A stretch of DNA of 63,112 nt, filler included. It is 6 parts of 6 records of this genome, joined end to end, with 100 filler letters (N's around TTAATTAATTAA, not from the genome) between each part and the next. Parts side by side here need not be neighbours in the genome. Positions count along the whole stretch, not along the records: positions 17,640 to 35,011 come from SRR11831585_537; positions 35,112 to 39,017 come from SRR11831585_554; positions 39,118 to 56,747 come from SRR11831585_555; 3 more parts are not named here. The stretch is one strand, 5' to 3'. Made by a program: the position numbers and the translations under genes. Positions 26,266-39,279 of the stretch are shown here, piece after piece (the first letter of the stretch is position 1; each line of letters opens with the position of its first letter). The notes below the pieces were generated by a model. It saw nothing but the letters and a program-made list of their open reading frames with translations. It searched no databases and was not told where the DNA came from.

Positions 26266-27690
26266 TTACTGCATTAACAGGTAGATGGTGCTGTCGCCGC
26301 GCTGAATGTTGAGTGCCAGCACAGACGGTTTGCTGTCGAGAACTTTACGCAGTTCAGCGATGTTTTTCACTGCCTGCTGGTTCGCGCCAATAATCACATC
26401 ACCTTTCTTCAGGCCGATCTGCGCAGCCGGAGTGCCCGTTTTCACGTTGTTCACTACCACGCCCTGATCTTTGCCTTTGTTGCTCATCTCAGCGCCTTCA
26501 ATGCCGTTGAAGATGGAGCTGGAATCAACCTGATTCTGGCTGCTCTGCTGCAGTTCCAGGTTCACGTTAACCTGCTTACCGTCGCGCAGTAAGCCCAGGG
26601 TCAGTTTGCTGCCTACCGGCATAGTACCCACCTGAGCACGCAGTGCGGCAAAGCTGCTGATCGGCTTACCGTTCAGTGAGGTGATCACATCACCCGCTTT
26701 AATGCCCGCTTTTGCAGCGGAGGAATTAGGCAGAACCTGGCTTACGAAAGCACCGCGCTGGGCGTCAACTTTCATCGCTTTCGCCAGTTCGGAGTTCAGC
26801 TCAGTCCCCATAATACCCAGCTCACCGCGTTTCACCTGGCCGTATTCCACCATCTGCGAGGTCAGGTTTTTCACCATGTTACTCGGGATAGCAAAACCGA
26901 TACCGATGTTGCCGCCGTCCGGTGCGAGGATCGCGGTGTTGATACCGATCAGTTCGCCGTTCAGGTTAACCAGCGCACCACCGGAGTTACCACGGTTGAT
27001 CGCTGCATCGGTCTGGATGAAGTTTTCGTAGTTTTCGGCATTCAGGCCGCTACGCCCCAGCGCAGAGACAATCCCGGAAGTTACCGTCTCGCCCAGACCA
27101 AACGGGTTACCAATCGCTACGGTGTAATCACCCACGCGCAGTGCATCAGAATCCGCCATCTTAATTGCGGTCAGGTTTTTCGGGTTCTGGATTTGGATCA
27201 GCGCGATATCAGAGCGCGGATCTTTGCCAACCATCTTCGCGTCGAACTTACGGCCATCGCTCAGTTGAACTTTAATGACCGTCGCGTTATCAACAACGTG
27301 GTTGTTGGTGACGACATAGCCTTTATCGGCATCAATGATGACGCCGGAACCCAGCGCCATGAATTTCTGTTGCTGGCCGCCACCATTACCGCCCTGGCCA
27401 CCCTGGCAGAACGGAGAGCTCTGGAACGGAGAACCTTCCTGGCAGAACGGAGAATCATCACCGAAGAACTGCTGGAAATTACGCGGCATACGCGGCGTAT
27501 TAACGGTTGTGCTACCTTCTACGTTAATGCTGACCACTGAAGGCATCACCTTTTCGAGCATCGGTGCAAGGCTTGGCATCTGCTGGGCTGTCGTTGCTGA
27601 AGAAGTCTCAGCCGCCGTTGCAGAGAGCGGAGATAACGCCAAACCTAAACTCAGAGCCAGTGCACTCAGTGCTAATGTGGTTTTTTTCAT
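26266..27690 (-). CDS. degP: Periplasmic serine protease DegP/HtrA
   Basis: 474 aa; TNNHV and GNSGG catalytic motifs, two PDZ domains. Confidence 0.99.
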   Translation of the reverse strand: MKKTTLALSALALSLGLALSPLSATAAETSSATTAQQMPSLAPMLEKVMPSVVSINVEGSTTVNTPRMPRNFQQFFGDDSPFCQEGSPFQSSPFCQGGQGGNGGGQQQKFMALGSGVIIDADKGYVVTNNHVVDNATVIKVQLSDGRKFDAKMVGKDPRSDIALIQIQNPKNLTAIKMADSDALRVGDYTVAIGNPFGLGETVTSGIVSALGRSGLNAENYENFIQTDAAINRGNSGGALVNLNGELIGINTAILAPDGGNIGIGFAIPSNMVKNLTSQMVEYGQVKRGELGIMGTELNSELAKAMKVDAQRGAFVSQVLPNSSAAKAGIKAGDVITSLNGKPISSFAALRAQVGTMPVGSKLTLGLLRDGKQVNVNLELQQSSQNQVDSSSIFNGIEGAEMSNKGKDQGVVVNNVKTGTPAAQIGLKKGDVIIGANQQAVKNIAELRKVLDSKPSVLALNIQRGDSTIYLLMQ

Positions 27691-27735
27691 GTATTTCAGT
27701 CTCGATTAACAGATAACGCAAAATTGCTGTGTTCT

Positions 27736-27762
27736 TCAGATTCGTTTTATAGCCTGAAGTTC
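27736..27762 (-). promoter_or_regulatory. Sigma-E promoter of degP
   Basis: Minus strand GAACTT-N16-TCTGA. Confidence 0.9.
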
Positions 27763-27819
27763 CGAACTAAAGTTTCTGCAAAAGGTAAAAATTTATTGTT
27801 CGTCTTTACAAAAGCCTGG

Positions 27820-29336
27820 TTATTGTTCTACGGCCATCAGACGTCGGTATTCATCCCACGCATAGAGGTCGGTCATACCGCTGATATAATCCTGCAGCAG
27901 GCGGCAACGGTAATAATATTCCCATAGCGGAAACTCAGGAGAATCTGACGGTAATTTACTGACAGCCTCGACATAGGCCAGCCGATGGCGCGTCGAGAGT
28001 TTGTGGAATAAGCGCGATTCAATAGGGAAACGTTTCACCCGTTCTTTTCTACCAGTTCAGTAAAGTCTGATAACGACAGGCTTAATAAAGGACGATAAAT
28101 CTCTAATAATCCGCTAATGACCCGATAGCCCTGCAATTCAAGCCGCTCGACATCTGGATGGCTAAACACATGTTTTACAGCGACATTTTTATATAGCTTA
28201 AGAAGATCGCTGCATTCGCTGGCATCTTCCAATAATGCATGATTAAACGTTCCGGCGAAAATCGCAGGCAGATTATCAATAAATCGTTGTGCCGCGTAGG
28301 GTACCAGTTTATTTAGGGTGTTTACCCGTAAATACATAAAAAACTGATCTTCCGTACTGCGGCTTAAACTATTTGAGCGTGATTTTTCCCAGGCATTTTC
28401 AACCACCAGCGAAAAGAGCGAACCTTTCTCATGCTGGCCCCACGCTTCGTGCAAATGATGATAAAGCTGCTCAACGGTAAATATTCTTTTCTCTACCGCA
28501 TCTTCAAGGTCTGCCACACAATAGGAGATGTCGTCGGCAGCTTCCATAATCCACGTTAATGGAAAACGACTGTAAAGCGCCAAATTAAGTTCTTTACGCA
28601 ACCGGGCAATATAGGCTTCTTCAGAAAGATAATAACCCGGCTTTTTCATTAAATAGTGATGTGTCTCAGGCGTTTCGCCACGCCACCACGCCGGACGGGT
28701 ATATTTTAAAATACCGCCAACCTGTGCCCAGGTGAGATTCATCCGCATCAATGTATGCACCAGGCGAATGCCTTGTGCATTCCCCTCAAAATGACATAAG
28801 TCCTGACGAATCTTGCGCCGCAGCTCGTTAAGCGGTTCTTCCCCGTCCCGTAAACGTAGTGCCGCCACGCTGCAGCGATCGTCAGTCAGAGGCTGGCTTT
28901 CGGCATCTTCCGGGTGCAAACGTTGGCGAAACCAGTCATTTATCGCCGCTTCGCCAAAATGACCAAACGGCGGATTGCCGATATCGTGCATCAGGCATGA
29001 CATCTCAACAATGCTTTCAAAGGGACCGGTCAGTTCATCCAGGCCGTATGCTTCCAGTAATTTAAGCTCTTTCAGACGGCTTAAAATTTCTTTGGCGATG
29101 TAGCGCCCCACCTGCTGGACTTCCATCGAGTGGGTAAGACGCGTGCGCACGGCGGCATTGCGCTCCAGTGGAAAAACCTGGGTCTTTTGTTGCAGACGAC
29201 GAATTGCCGGAGAGTTGATGATACGCCCGCGATCGCTCTCGAAGATCCGCAGGATCTCATGTTCGGTTTTAACGCCCTGCGGTGAACGGTAACGACGATG
29301 CCAGTTTATTTTTTTTCGGAAATCAATCTGTGCCAT
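27820..29336 (-). CDS. dgt: dGTP triphosphohydrolase, split by an apparent 1-nt loss at 28045-28048
   Basis: RTRLTHS and HD motifs; ORF 28035-29336 ends ELVEKNG and ORF 27820-28038 supplies the C-terminus; adding one A gives [12 protein letters not shown]. Confidence 0.94.
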
Positions 29337-29419
29337 GTCCTCTCCCGCGTGAGAAATACGCTTCCCCGTAAGCGCATGGTAAACTATGCCTTCAAATCGG
29401 GCTTATCGCGAGTAAATCT

Positions 29420-30118
29420 ATGAAAATCGGCATCATTGGTGCAATGGAAGAAGAAGTTACGCTGCTGCGTGACAAAATCGAAAACCGTCAAACTATCAGT
29501 CTCGGCGGTTGCGAAATCTATACCGGCCAACTGAATGGAACCGAGGTTGCGCTTCTGAAATCGGGCATCGGTAAAGTCGCTGCGGCGCTGGGTGCCACTT
29601 TGCTGTTGGAACACTGCAAGCCAGATGTGATTATTAACACCGGTTCTGCCGGTGGCCTGGCACCAACGTTGAAAGTGGGCGATATCGTTGTCTCGGACGA
29701 AGCACGTTATCACGACGCGGATGTCACGGCATTTGGTTATGAATACGGTCAGTTACCAGGCTGTCCGGCAGGCTTTAAAGCTGACGATAAACTGATCGCT
29801 GCCGCTGAGGCCTGCATTGCCGAACTGAATCTTAACGCTGTACGTGGCCTGATTGTTAGCGGCGACGCTTTCATCAACGGTTCTGTTGGTCTGGCGAAAA
29901 TCCGCCACAACTTCCCACAGGCCATTGCTGTAGAGATGGAAGCGACGGCAATCGCCCATGTCTGCCACAATTTCAACGTCCCGTTTGTTGTCGTACGCGC
30001 CATCTCCGACGTGGCCGATCAACAGTCTCATCTTAGCTTCGATGAGTTCCTGGCTGTTGCCGCTAAACAGTCCAGCCTGATGGTTGAGTCACTGGTGCAG
30101 AAACTTGCACATGGCTAA
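29420..30118 (+). CDS. mtn: MTA/SAH nucleosidase
   Basis: [12 protein letters not shown] and VEME motifs; 232 aa. Confidence 0.98.
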   Translation: MKIGIIGAMEEEVTLLRDKIENRQTISLGGCEIYTGQLNGTEVALLKSGIGKVAAALGATLLLEHCKPDVIINTGSAGGLAPTLKVGDIVVSDEARYHDADVTAFGYEYGQLPGCPAGFKADDKLIAAAEACIAELNLNAVRGLIVSGDAFINGSVGLAKIRHNFPQAIAVEMEATAIAHVCHNFNVPFVVVRAISDVADQQSHLSFDEFLAVAAKQSSLMVESLVQKLAHG

Positions 30119-30911
30119 GTCACTGTTCAGGGCGCTGGTCGCCCTGTCTTTTCTTGCGCCACTGTGGCTCAACGCCGCGCCGCGCGTCATCACGCTTTCT
30201 CCCGCCAACACTGAACTTGCCTTTGCCGCCGGGATCACGCCGGTTGGGGTCAGCAGCTATTCCGACTATCCTCCACAAGCGCAAAAGATTGAGCAGGTTT
30301 CCACCTGGCAGGGGATGAATCTGGAACGCATTGTCGCGCTGAAACCCGATCTGGTGATTGCCTGGCGTGGAGGTAATGCCGAGCGGCAGGTTGACCAGCT
30401 GGCTTCGCTGGGAATAAAAGTGATGTGGGTCGATGCGACAAGCATTGAACAAATTGCCAATGCGTTACGTCAACTGGCCCCCTGGAGTCCGCAACCAGAC
30501 AAGGCCGAACAAGCCGCGCAATCCCTGCTGGATCAGTACGCGCAATTGAAAGCGCAATATGCTGATAAACCTAAAAAACGTGTTTTTCTGCAATTCGGCA
30601 TTAATCCGCCATTTACCAGTGGAAAAGAGTCGATTCAGAACCAGGTACTCGAAGTTTGTGGCGGAGAAAACATCTTTAAAGACAGCCGGGTTCCCTGGCC
30701 GCAAGTTAGCCGCGAACAGGTGTTAGCACGCTCGCCACAGGCGATTGTCATTACAGGCGGACCGGACCAAATTCCTAAAATCAAACAATACTGGGGTGAA
30801 CAGCTCAAAATTCCCGTTATTCCTCTCACGAGTGACTGGTTTGAACGTGCAAGCCCACGTATTATCCTCGCTGCACAACAGCTCTGTAATGCGCTTTCAC
30901 AGGTAGATTAG
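30111..30911 (+). CDS. btuF: Vitamin B12 periplasmic binding protein
   Basis: [12 protein letters not shown]...[11 protein letters not shown]; 266 aa. Confidence 0.97.
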   Translation: MAKSLFRALVALSFLAPLWLNAAPRVITLSPANTELAFAAGITPVGVSSYSDYPPQAQKIEQVSTWQGMNLERIVALKPDLVIAWRGGNAERQVDQLASLGIKVMWVDATSIEQIANALRQLAPWSPQPDKAEQAAQSLLDQYAQLKAQYADKPKKRVFLQFGINPPFTSGKESIQNQVLEVCGGENIFKDSRVPWPQVSREQVLARSPQAIVITGGPDQIPKIKQYWGEQLKIPVIPLTSDWFERASPRIILAAQQLCNALSQVD

Positions 30912-30948
30912 CGCCTGACCTTTTCAGGTGCTCAGTGGGGATTGAACA

Positions 30949-31572
30949 ATGCTCGTCTATTGGCTGGATATAGTCGGCACAGCGGTATTTGCCATCTCCG
31001 GCGTTTTGTTAGCCGGAAAATTGCGTATGGACCCTTTTGGTGTTCTGGTACTGGGCGTGGTAACCGCAGTAGGCGGCGGGACAATTCGCGACATGGCGCT
31101 GGATCACGGCCCGGTATTTTGGGTGAAAGATCCCACCGATCTGGTCGTTGCAATGGTCACCAGCATGCTGACCATCGTGCTGGTGCGCCAGCCAAGACGC
31201 TTACCAAAATGGATGTTGCCGGTGCTGGACGCCGTTGGTCTGGCGGTGTTTGTCGGCATTGGCGTGAATAAAGCCTTTAATGCGGAAGCCGGTCCGTTAA
31301 TCGCGGTTTGTATGGGCGTCATTACTGGCGTTGGCGGCGGGATCATTCGTGATGTTCTGGCCCGCGAAATCCCCATGATTTTACGTACAGAAATCTACGC
31401 AACTGCCTGTATTATCGGCGGTATTGTCCACGCTACGGCTTATTACACATTTTCCGTACCACTGGAAACAGCCAGTATGATGGGCATGGTCGTGACGCTA
31501 TTGATTCGGCTGGCGGCTATTCGTTGGCATCTTAAGCTACCGACGTTTGCGCTGGATGAGAATGGGCGTTGA
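30949..31572 (+). CDS. yadS: TRIC/UPF0126 membrane protein
   Basis: Duplicated GGGxxRD motif. Confidence 0.93.
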   Translation: MLVYWLDIVGTAVFAISGVLLAGKLRMDPFGVLVLGVVTAVGGGTIRDMALDHGPVFWVKDPTDLVVAMVTSMLTIVLVRQPRRLPKWMLPVLDAVGLAVFVGIGVNKAFNAEAGPLIAVCMGVITGVGGGIIRDVLAREIPMILRTEIYATACIIGGIVHATAYYTFSVPLETASMMGMVVTLLIRLAAIRWHLKLPTFALDENGR

Positions 31573-31581
31573 AGAGAGAAG

Positions 31582-31608
31582 ATGTGCCGGATAGTTTATC
31601 CGGCACAT
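31582..31608. terminator. REP-like hairpin between convergent yadS and erpA
   Basis: ATGTGCCGGATA-GTT-TATCCGGCACAT perfect inverted repeat. Confidence 0.65.
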
Positions 31609-31618
31609 GAACAACAGA

Positions 31619-31963
31619 TTAGATACTAAAGGAAGAACCGCAACCGCAGGTGCTTTTCGCGTTCGGGTTGGTCACGATGAAACGAGAACCTTCCAGACCT
31701 TCGGTATAATCAACGGAACCGCCGACCAGATATTGCAGGCTCATCGGATCAACCACCAGGCCAACGCCCTGTTTTTCGATGGTCATATCGCCTTCGTTCA
31801 CCTGATCATCAAAGGTGAAACCATACTGGAAGCCGCTGCAACCGCCACCGGTGATATACACGCGTAATTTCAGATTCGGGTTATCTTCGTCAGCGATCAG
31901 GCTTTTAACTTTGTTGGCTGCTGCGTCGGTAAACTCCAGCGGCAGTGCTACGTCATCACTCAT
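31619..31963 (-). CDS. erpA: Fe-S cluster insertion protein
   Basis: GGGCSG and TCGCGSSF motifs; 114 aa. Confidence 0.97.
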
Positions 31964-32021
31964 ATTTTGCTCCAAACGACATCGGCAATTGGGCAAATTC
32001 TAACCCAATAATAATCGCCAT
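31956..32021 (-). CDS. yadW: 21-aa small ORF overlapping the erpA start
   Basis: Read manually: [21 protein letters not shown]; matches my recollection of the small protein YadW. Confidence 0.6.
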
Positions 32022-32044
32022 TATCTAATACCCTGGTATTTCGT

Positions 32045-33484
<1,440 letters not shown>

Positions 33485-33690
33485 TCATACAAATAAGATG
33501 ACGGCATTTTACTCGCACGTTCCATGAAAATCCTTTGCAAAGCGTAATGTTTCAAATGCACAAAACTTTTATACTCTAAGAAATCAGGATTGCACCAGTA
33601 CAAGCAGCCTGATGTTTGACGAGTATTTAACTTGTTATGAATAACATAGAATAGCAGCCATTCACTTTTTCTACGAATCAGGAACCCTCC

Positions 33691-34971
33691 ATGAGTAAGT
33701 CTGAAAATCTTTACAGCGCAGCGCGCGAGCTGATCCCTGGCGGTGTGAACTCCCCTGTTCGCGCCTTTACTGGCGTGGGCGGCACTCCACTGTTTATCGA
33801 AAAAGCGGACGGCGCTTATCTGTACGATGTTGATGGCAAAGCCTATATCGATTATGTCGGTTCCTGGGGGCCGATGGTGCTGGGCCATAACCATCCGGCA
33901 ATCCGCAATGCCGTGATTGAAGCCGCCGAGCGTGGTTTAAGCTTTGGTGCACCAACCGAAATGGAAGTGAAAATGGCGCAACTGGTGACCGAACTGGTCC
34001 CGACCATGGATATGGTGCGCATGGTGAACTCCGGCACTGAAGCGACCATGAGCGCCATCCGCCTGGCCCGTGGTTTTACCGGTCGCGACAAAATTATTAA
34101 ATTTGAAGGGTGTTACCATGGTCACGCTGACTGCCTGCTGGTGAAAGCCGGTTCTGGCGCACTCACGTTAGGCCAGCCAAACTCGCCGGGCGTTCCGGCA
34201 GATTTCGCCAAATATACCTTAACCTGTACTTATAATGATCTGGCTTCTGTACGCGCCGCATTTGAGCAATACCCGCAAGAGATTGCCTGTATTATCGTCG
34301 AGCCGGTGGCAGGCAATATGAACTGTGTTCCGCCGCTGCCAGAGTTCCTGCCAGGTCTGCGCGCGCTGTGCGACGAATTTGGCGCGTTGCTGATCATCGA
34401 TGAAGTGATGACCGGTTTCCGCGTAGCGCTAGCTGGCGCACAGGATTATTACGGCGTAGTGCCAGATTTAACCTGCCTCGGCAAAATCATCGGCGGTGGA
34501 ATGCCGGTAGGCGCATTCGGTGGTCGTCGTGATGTAATGGATGCGCTGGCCCCGACGGGTCCGGTCTATCAGGCGGGTACGCTTTCCGGTAACCCGATTG
34601 CGATGGCAGCGGGTTTCGCCTGTCTGAATGAAGTCGCGCAGCCGGGCGTTCACGAAACGCTGGATGAGCTGACAACACGTCTGGCAGAAGGTCTGCTGGA
34701 AGCGGCAGAAGAAGCCGGAATTCCGCTGGTCGTTAACCACGTTGGCGGCATGTTCGGTATTTTCTTTACCGACGCCGAGTCCGTGACGTGCTATCAGGAT
34801 GTGATGGCCTGTGACGTGGAACGCTTTAAGCGTTTCTTCCATATGATGCTGGACGAAGGTGTTTACCTGGCACCGTCAGCGTTTGAAGCGGGCTTTATGT
34901 CCGTGGCGCACAGCATGGAAGATATCAATAACACCATCGATGCTGCACGTCGGGTGTTTGCGAAGTTGTGA
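33691..34971 (+). CDS. hemL: Glutamate-1-semialdehyde aminomutase
   Basis: [19 protein letters not shown] and GKIIGGG motifs. Confidence 0.99.
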
Positions 34972-34980
34972 TCCAGCATG

Positions 34981-35011
<31 letters not shown>

Positions 35012-35111
35012 NNNNNNNNNNNNNNNNNNNNNNNNNNNNNNNNNNNNNNNNNNNNTTAATTAATTAANNNNNNNNNNNNNNNNNNNNNNNNNNNNNNNNN
35101 NNNNNNNNNNN
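35012..35111. other. Artificial contig spacer
   Basis: 44 N + TTAATTAATTAA + 44 N. Confidence 0.99.
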
Positions 35112-35130
35112 ACTCCTATTATCGGCACCA
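35112..35130 (+). mobile_element. 3' end of tRNA-Thr (thrW) sequence; att core / ptwF remnant at the CP4-6 prophage boundary
   Basis: ACTCCTATTATCGGCACCA equals the thrW T-arm, acceptor stem and CCA; lies ~127 bp from the yagP stop. Confidence 0.75.
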
Positions 35131-35256
35131 TTAAAATCAAAGAGTTACCCCATATTTAAATACACCACGTTTCCTCCTGTGCCGTATTTGTGCCATTGTA
35201 ACCTTGGCAATTCATCAAAATACTGTTCTGACATCAGGCAGTGCAGGTGCAGACAT

Positions 35257-35667
35257 TTAAGCCAATTGCTGCCGCCATTCTTTGACGTAGTCAATCAGGG
35301 CGCGGAGCTTTGGTGCAATATTGCGACGCTGTGGGAAATACAGATAGAAGCCCGGAAATTGTGGAAGAAAGTCATCAAGCAGCGATACAAGCTTACCGCT
35401 TTCAATATATGGCCTGAAAGTTTCCTGAGTGGCAATTGTTATTCCTCCGCCGGCAAGAGCCAGCCTCAACATCAGACGCAGATCATTAGTCGTAATCTGC
35501 GGTTCAATCGCAAGGTCGAAAGTTCTCCCGTTTTCTTCAAATGGCCAGCGATAAGGCGCAACCTCCGGGGACTGACGCCAGCCGATACACTTATGGGTAT
35601 TTCCCCCGGAGGCGAGAAAGCACTCTCCACGCCCGGCCGCAAGGATCAGGACGACGGGGGCAGGCAT
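35257..35667 (-). pseudogene. yagP: yagP: LysR substrate-binding C-terminal fragment behind an unrelated N-terminus; no HTH
   Basis: 136 aa from MPAPVVLILAAG; C-terminus ...GKLVSLLDDFLPQFPGFYLYFPQRRNIAPKLRALIDY is typical of LTTRs. Confidence 0.8.
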
Positions 35668-36602
35668 GAATCCTCCTCCTGATGGAGACGTACAGAGGCG
35701 ACTTCTGCCAGCACGGAGAGTGCCAGAGTATGCGCATCCCGGGCTTTGGGGAATATCCCGACGGGTGCCCGGATTTGCGTTGTTTCCTCCCTGGACCATC
35801 CCAGCTCGTGGAGCTTTTGCAGACGTAACGTGTGGGTTCGATAGCTGCCCAATGCGCCGAGATAAAAGGGTTTTGCTTCTCGCGCGGCCTGCAACACTGG
35901 CAGCTCCCGGTTGAGATCATGGCACAGCAAAATGACCGCCGTATCGGTATCGATCTGAGCGCTGGCTGAGGCCGGAAAAAGATCGAAGATATGGCTGTCA
36001 TAGCCTGTGGCTGCTGCAAGACTCGCGGTTGCCTGCGCCTCAAGAGAACGTCCGTAAATCATCAGCCTGACGCATGGCCTGAACCCCACCTCAAAGCCAT
36101 TGAGATTCCAGCCCGTCCGGGTTTGCGTGGGCAGGCACACCAGCGATTGTGCTTGCGGATCGTAGCGCAGCCCCACCGGTTTTCTCTGTTCCAGGCGGTT
36201 CAGCACGGCGAGCAGAGGCTGTGCCGAGCGTAGTTTATGGAGCGTCAGCGTGATCCCACCGCCGCAGGGCAGAACGATGTCAAACCACGGCGAACCTTCG
36301 CCATAGCGAATTTCGCGATCGCGGCCTGAGCCCATCATCTCCAGCGCTTCAAAAGCGGCAGCGGCCTCCACGCAGCCGCCAGAGACAAAACCGCAGTAAC
36401 GACCATCTTCGCGCACCACCATCTGCGCCCCGAGCGGGCGCGCCGCGCCGCCGCGTATCTCCACCAGCGTCACCAGCACCGCTCCTTTACCGGACATTAG
36501 CGCCTCTACGGCGAAGCGCAGAATGGTCCGGTGGTCATCGGTGAGAAACGCCTGCTCTGGCTTATGCCAGTGTTCGTCTTTGTCAAAAAGCGGGTATGAC
36601 AT
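35646..36602 (-). CDS. paoD: XdhC-family Moco insertion chaperone
   Basis: GFVSGGCVE, LPCGG and YLGALGS motifs. Confidence 0.95.
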   Translation of the reverse strand: MSYPLFDKDEHWHKPEQAFLTDDHRTILRFAVEALMSGKGAVLVTLVEIRGGAARPLGAQMVVREDGRYCGFVSGGCVEAAAAFEALEMMGSGRDREIRYGEGSPWFDIVLPCGGGITLTLHKLRSAQPLLAVLNRLEQRKPVGLRYDPQAQSLVCLPTQTRTGWNLNGFEVGFRPCVRLMIYGRSLEAQATASLAAATGYDSHIFDLFPASASAQIDTDTAVILLCHDLNRELPVLQAAREAKPFYLGALGSYRTHTLRLQKLHELGWSREETTQIRAPVGIFPKARDAHTLALSVLAEVASVRLHQEEDSCLPPSS

Positions 36603-36611
36603 TGTTCCTCC

Positions 36612-38810
36612 TTAAACCACATCCGGCAGCTTATCGAGCAGCTTATCCAGAGTGATGGGATAATCCCGTACCCGAATACCGGTGGCGTTATACACCGCGT
36701 TGGCGATAGCCGCGCTCACGCCGCACAGGCCCAGCTCACCGACACCTTTGGCCTTCATCGGGGAGGATATGGGGTCGGTATCATCCAGGAAAATCACCTC
36801 CTGTTTTGGGATATCCGCATGAACCGGCACCTCATACCCCGCCATATCGTGATTAACGAAGTAGCCCAAACGGTCATCCACCGCCAGCTCCTCCATCAGT
36901 GCCGCGCCCATGCCCATAGTCATTGCGCCAATGACCTGGCTGCGCGCAGTTTTCGGATTCAGGATGCGTCCTGCAGCACACACAGCGAGCATACGCCGGA
37001 CCCGAACTTCTCCCGTCGCGCTATGCACGCCGACCTCCACAAAATGCCCGGCAAAGGTCGACTGCTGGTACTCTTTGCTCAGTGTTCCGAATTCAATGCT
37101 CTCTTCCGCTGTCAGTCTGCCGCCTGCGGTGGCTTCATGTAGCGTGGCGCTTCGGGTACCGTTGGTAATCTTGCCGTCGGCAAACTGCGACTGCTCAGGA
37201 TCAAACCCGACTGCCGAGGCAATCATTTCGCGAAGCTTCATACAGGCGGCGTAAACGCCGGAGGTGGAGGTATTCGCGCCCCATTGTCCACCAGAACCCG
37301 CAGAAACCGGGAAACTGGAATCGCCGAGGTGAACCGCAACCTGCTCCAGCGGTACGCCAAGCATTTCCGCTGCCGTCTGGGCCAGAATGGTGTAGCTGCC
37401 GGTGCCAATGTCGGTCATGTCCGTTTCTACGGTAACGGTGCCGTTTTGTTCGAGGTGAACCCGAGCACCCGATTTTTCCAGCAGATTATTGCGAAAGCCC
37501 GCCGCAACACCGTGGCCGACTAGCCACTCCCCGTCGCGCACCTGTCCGGGTGTGGCGTTGCGCTGCTTCCAGCCAAATTTATCCGCTCCGGTGCGCAAGC
37601 ACTCGATAAGCTGACGGCGAGAGAAGCAGCGCGTCGGGTCGGCGGGGTCAACCTGAGTGTCATTCAGGATGCGAAACTCGACGGGATCGATGCCCGCTTT
37701 TTCCGCCAGTTCGTCGATCGCGATTTCGAGCGCCATCAGACCGGGGGCTTCGCCGGGCGCACGCATGGCGTTCCCTTCCGGCAAATCAAGCGTGGCGAGC
37801 CGCAGGCCGGTATGACGATTCGCCCCGGCGTAGAGTAATTCGCTTTGCTGTACCGCCGTTTCCGGCGTGCCGCCGGGCAGGTTTCCAGACCAGCTTTCAT
37901 GTGAGATAGCGGTGATTTTCCCGCTCTGGTCGGCACCGATACGCAAGTGCTGAAGGGTGGCGGGGCGGTGCGTGGTGTTATTGGGAATAGAGGGGCGGGG
38001 GAGCATCACTTTAACCGGACGTTTCACCGCTCGGGCGGCGAGGGCCGCCAGCAGCGCATCGCTTCTCAGGAACAGCTTGCCGCCAAACCCTCCGCCGATA
38101 TACGGGGAGATAATACGCACATTCTCCACGGGAACTTTCAGCGTTTTTGCCAGATCGGTGCGGCACCAGTCAATCATCTGATTTGAGGTCCAGAGGGTAA
38201 GCTTATTTCCATCCCAGACGGCCATCGAGGCATGCGGCTCCATCGCCATATGGCTCTGGTCCGGGGTCGTGTAGGTAGCATCAATCTTCACCGCAGCGGA
38301 GGTGAAAGCCCCGTCAAAGTCACCGACGTTTTTGTCGGGCGTGTCTTCCGGCGGCTGATTGACGGCCTGTTTTTCGTCCGCCAGGGAGTAAGCTCCTTTA
38401 TTACGGCGATAGTGTGCCTGCACCAGCGAGGCCGCCGCTCGCGCCTGTTCGAAGGTCTCGGCCACTACCAGCGCAATGGCCTGATGATAGTGCTCAATAG
38501 TGGGGCCGCCTAACAGCCTGGCGGTGTTTTTGTCGCCTTTGCCGAGTGCCCCGGCGTTACTGGCGGTAATGACAGCCAGTACGCCCGGCGCTTTTTGCGC
38601 GGCGTCCGTATCAAGGGCGGTGAGGCGTCCTTTGGCAATGGCGGAACCGACGATATAGCCATAGGCGGCGTTGGGGGCTTCTTCATGCCATTCGTAGGCG
38701 TAGCGTGCCGTGCCGGTAGTTTTCAGCGGTCCGTCGATGCGGTCATGGGGACGACCGACAACCTTCAGCTGATCGATCGGGTTTTCCCCTGCGGGTTTAT
38801 CAAATTTCAT
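36612..38810 (-). CDS. paoC: Aldehyde oxidoreductase, molybdenum-binding subunit
   Basis: 732 aa; GGGFGGK, MRAPG and KGVGE motifs. Confidence 0.96.
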   Translation of the reverse strand: MKFDKPAGENPIDQLKVVGRPHDRIDGPLKTTGTARYAYEWHEEAPNAAYGYIVGSAIAKGRLTALDTDAAQKAPGVLAVITASNAGALGKGDKNTARLLGGPTIEHYHQAIALVVAETFEQARAAASLVQAHYRRNKGAYSLADEKQAVNQPPEDTPDKNVGDFDGAFTSAAVKIDATYTTPDQSHMAMEPHASMAVWDGNKLTLWTSNQMIDWCRTDLAKTLKVPVENVRIISPYIGGGFGGKLFLRSDALLAALAARAVKRPVKVMLPRPSIPNNTTHRPATLQHLRIGADQSGKITAISHESWSGNLPGGTPETAVQQSELLYAGANRHTGLRLATLDLPEGNAMRAPGEAPGLMALEIAIDELAEKAGIDPVEFRILNDTQVDPADPTRCFSRRQLIECLRTGADKFGWKQRNATPGQVRDGEWLVGHGVAAGFRNNLLEKSGARVHLEQNGTVTVETDMTDIGTGSYTILAQTAAEMLGVPLEQVAVHLGDSSFPVSAGSGGQWGANTSTSGVYAACMKLREMIASAVGFDPEQSQFADGKITNGTRSATLHEATAGGRLTAEESIEFGTLSKEYQQSTFAGHFVEVGVHSATGEVRVRRMLAVCAAGRILNPKTARSQVIGAMTMGMGAALMEELAVDDRLGYFVNHDMAGYEVPVHADIPKQEVIFLDDTDPISSPMKAKGVGELGLCGVSAAIANAVYNATGIRVRDYPITLDKLLDKLPDVV

Positions 38811-39017
38811 GCCTGTGCCCTCGCTTCAGCCAGTACGGAGGCAAGCGTTCGCTTCGCCAACAGGAGTTTAAAGGTGTTTTCAGCGGTGGGATGGGCGCTG
38901 GCGAACAGCGTGTCATATACGGCCTGCGCCCCCTGGGATAGCTGAGCATCCGCAGCCTCAATGCGCCAGGGCTTATGTGCTACTCCGCCCAGCGCGACGC
39001 GCCCGCTGCCGTCAGGC
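38807..39017 (-). CDS. paoB: Aldehyde oxidoreductase FAD subunit, 3' fragment
   Basis: ...[17 protein letters not shown]...[11 protein letters not shown]...; stop overlaps the paoC ATG. Confidence 0.9.
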
Positions 39018-39117
39018 NNNNNNNNNNNNNNNNNNNNNNNNNNNNNNNNNNNNNNNNNNNNTTAATTAATTAANNNNNNNNNNNNNNNNNNNNNNNNNNN
39101 NNNNNNNNNNNNNNNNN
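39018..39117. other. Artificial contig spacer
   Basis: 44 N + TTAATTAATTAA + 44 N. Confidence 0.99.
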
Positions 39118-39279
39118 TTTTGGTATTTTTCTGCTTAAAATCCATGCCATTTGTTCATTAACAGCTGAGAATTTGACCCAGGAAAGCATAACTCGATACC
39201 CGTCATAGTTCATGAAGTTGCCACTGCGCGATGAAGTATGACGAGTATGAAAGAGTGATGCGGATACAAAGGAGTAACT

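Noticed and set aside
27820-29336. dGTPase as an anti-phage defence gene
   Set aside because: This is the housekeeping dgt in its usual mtn-dgt-degP context
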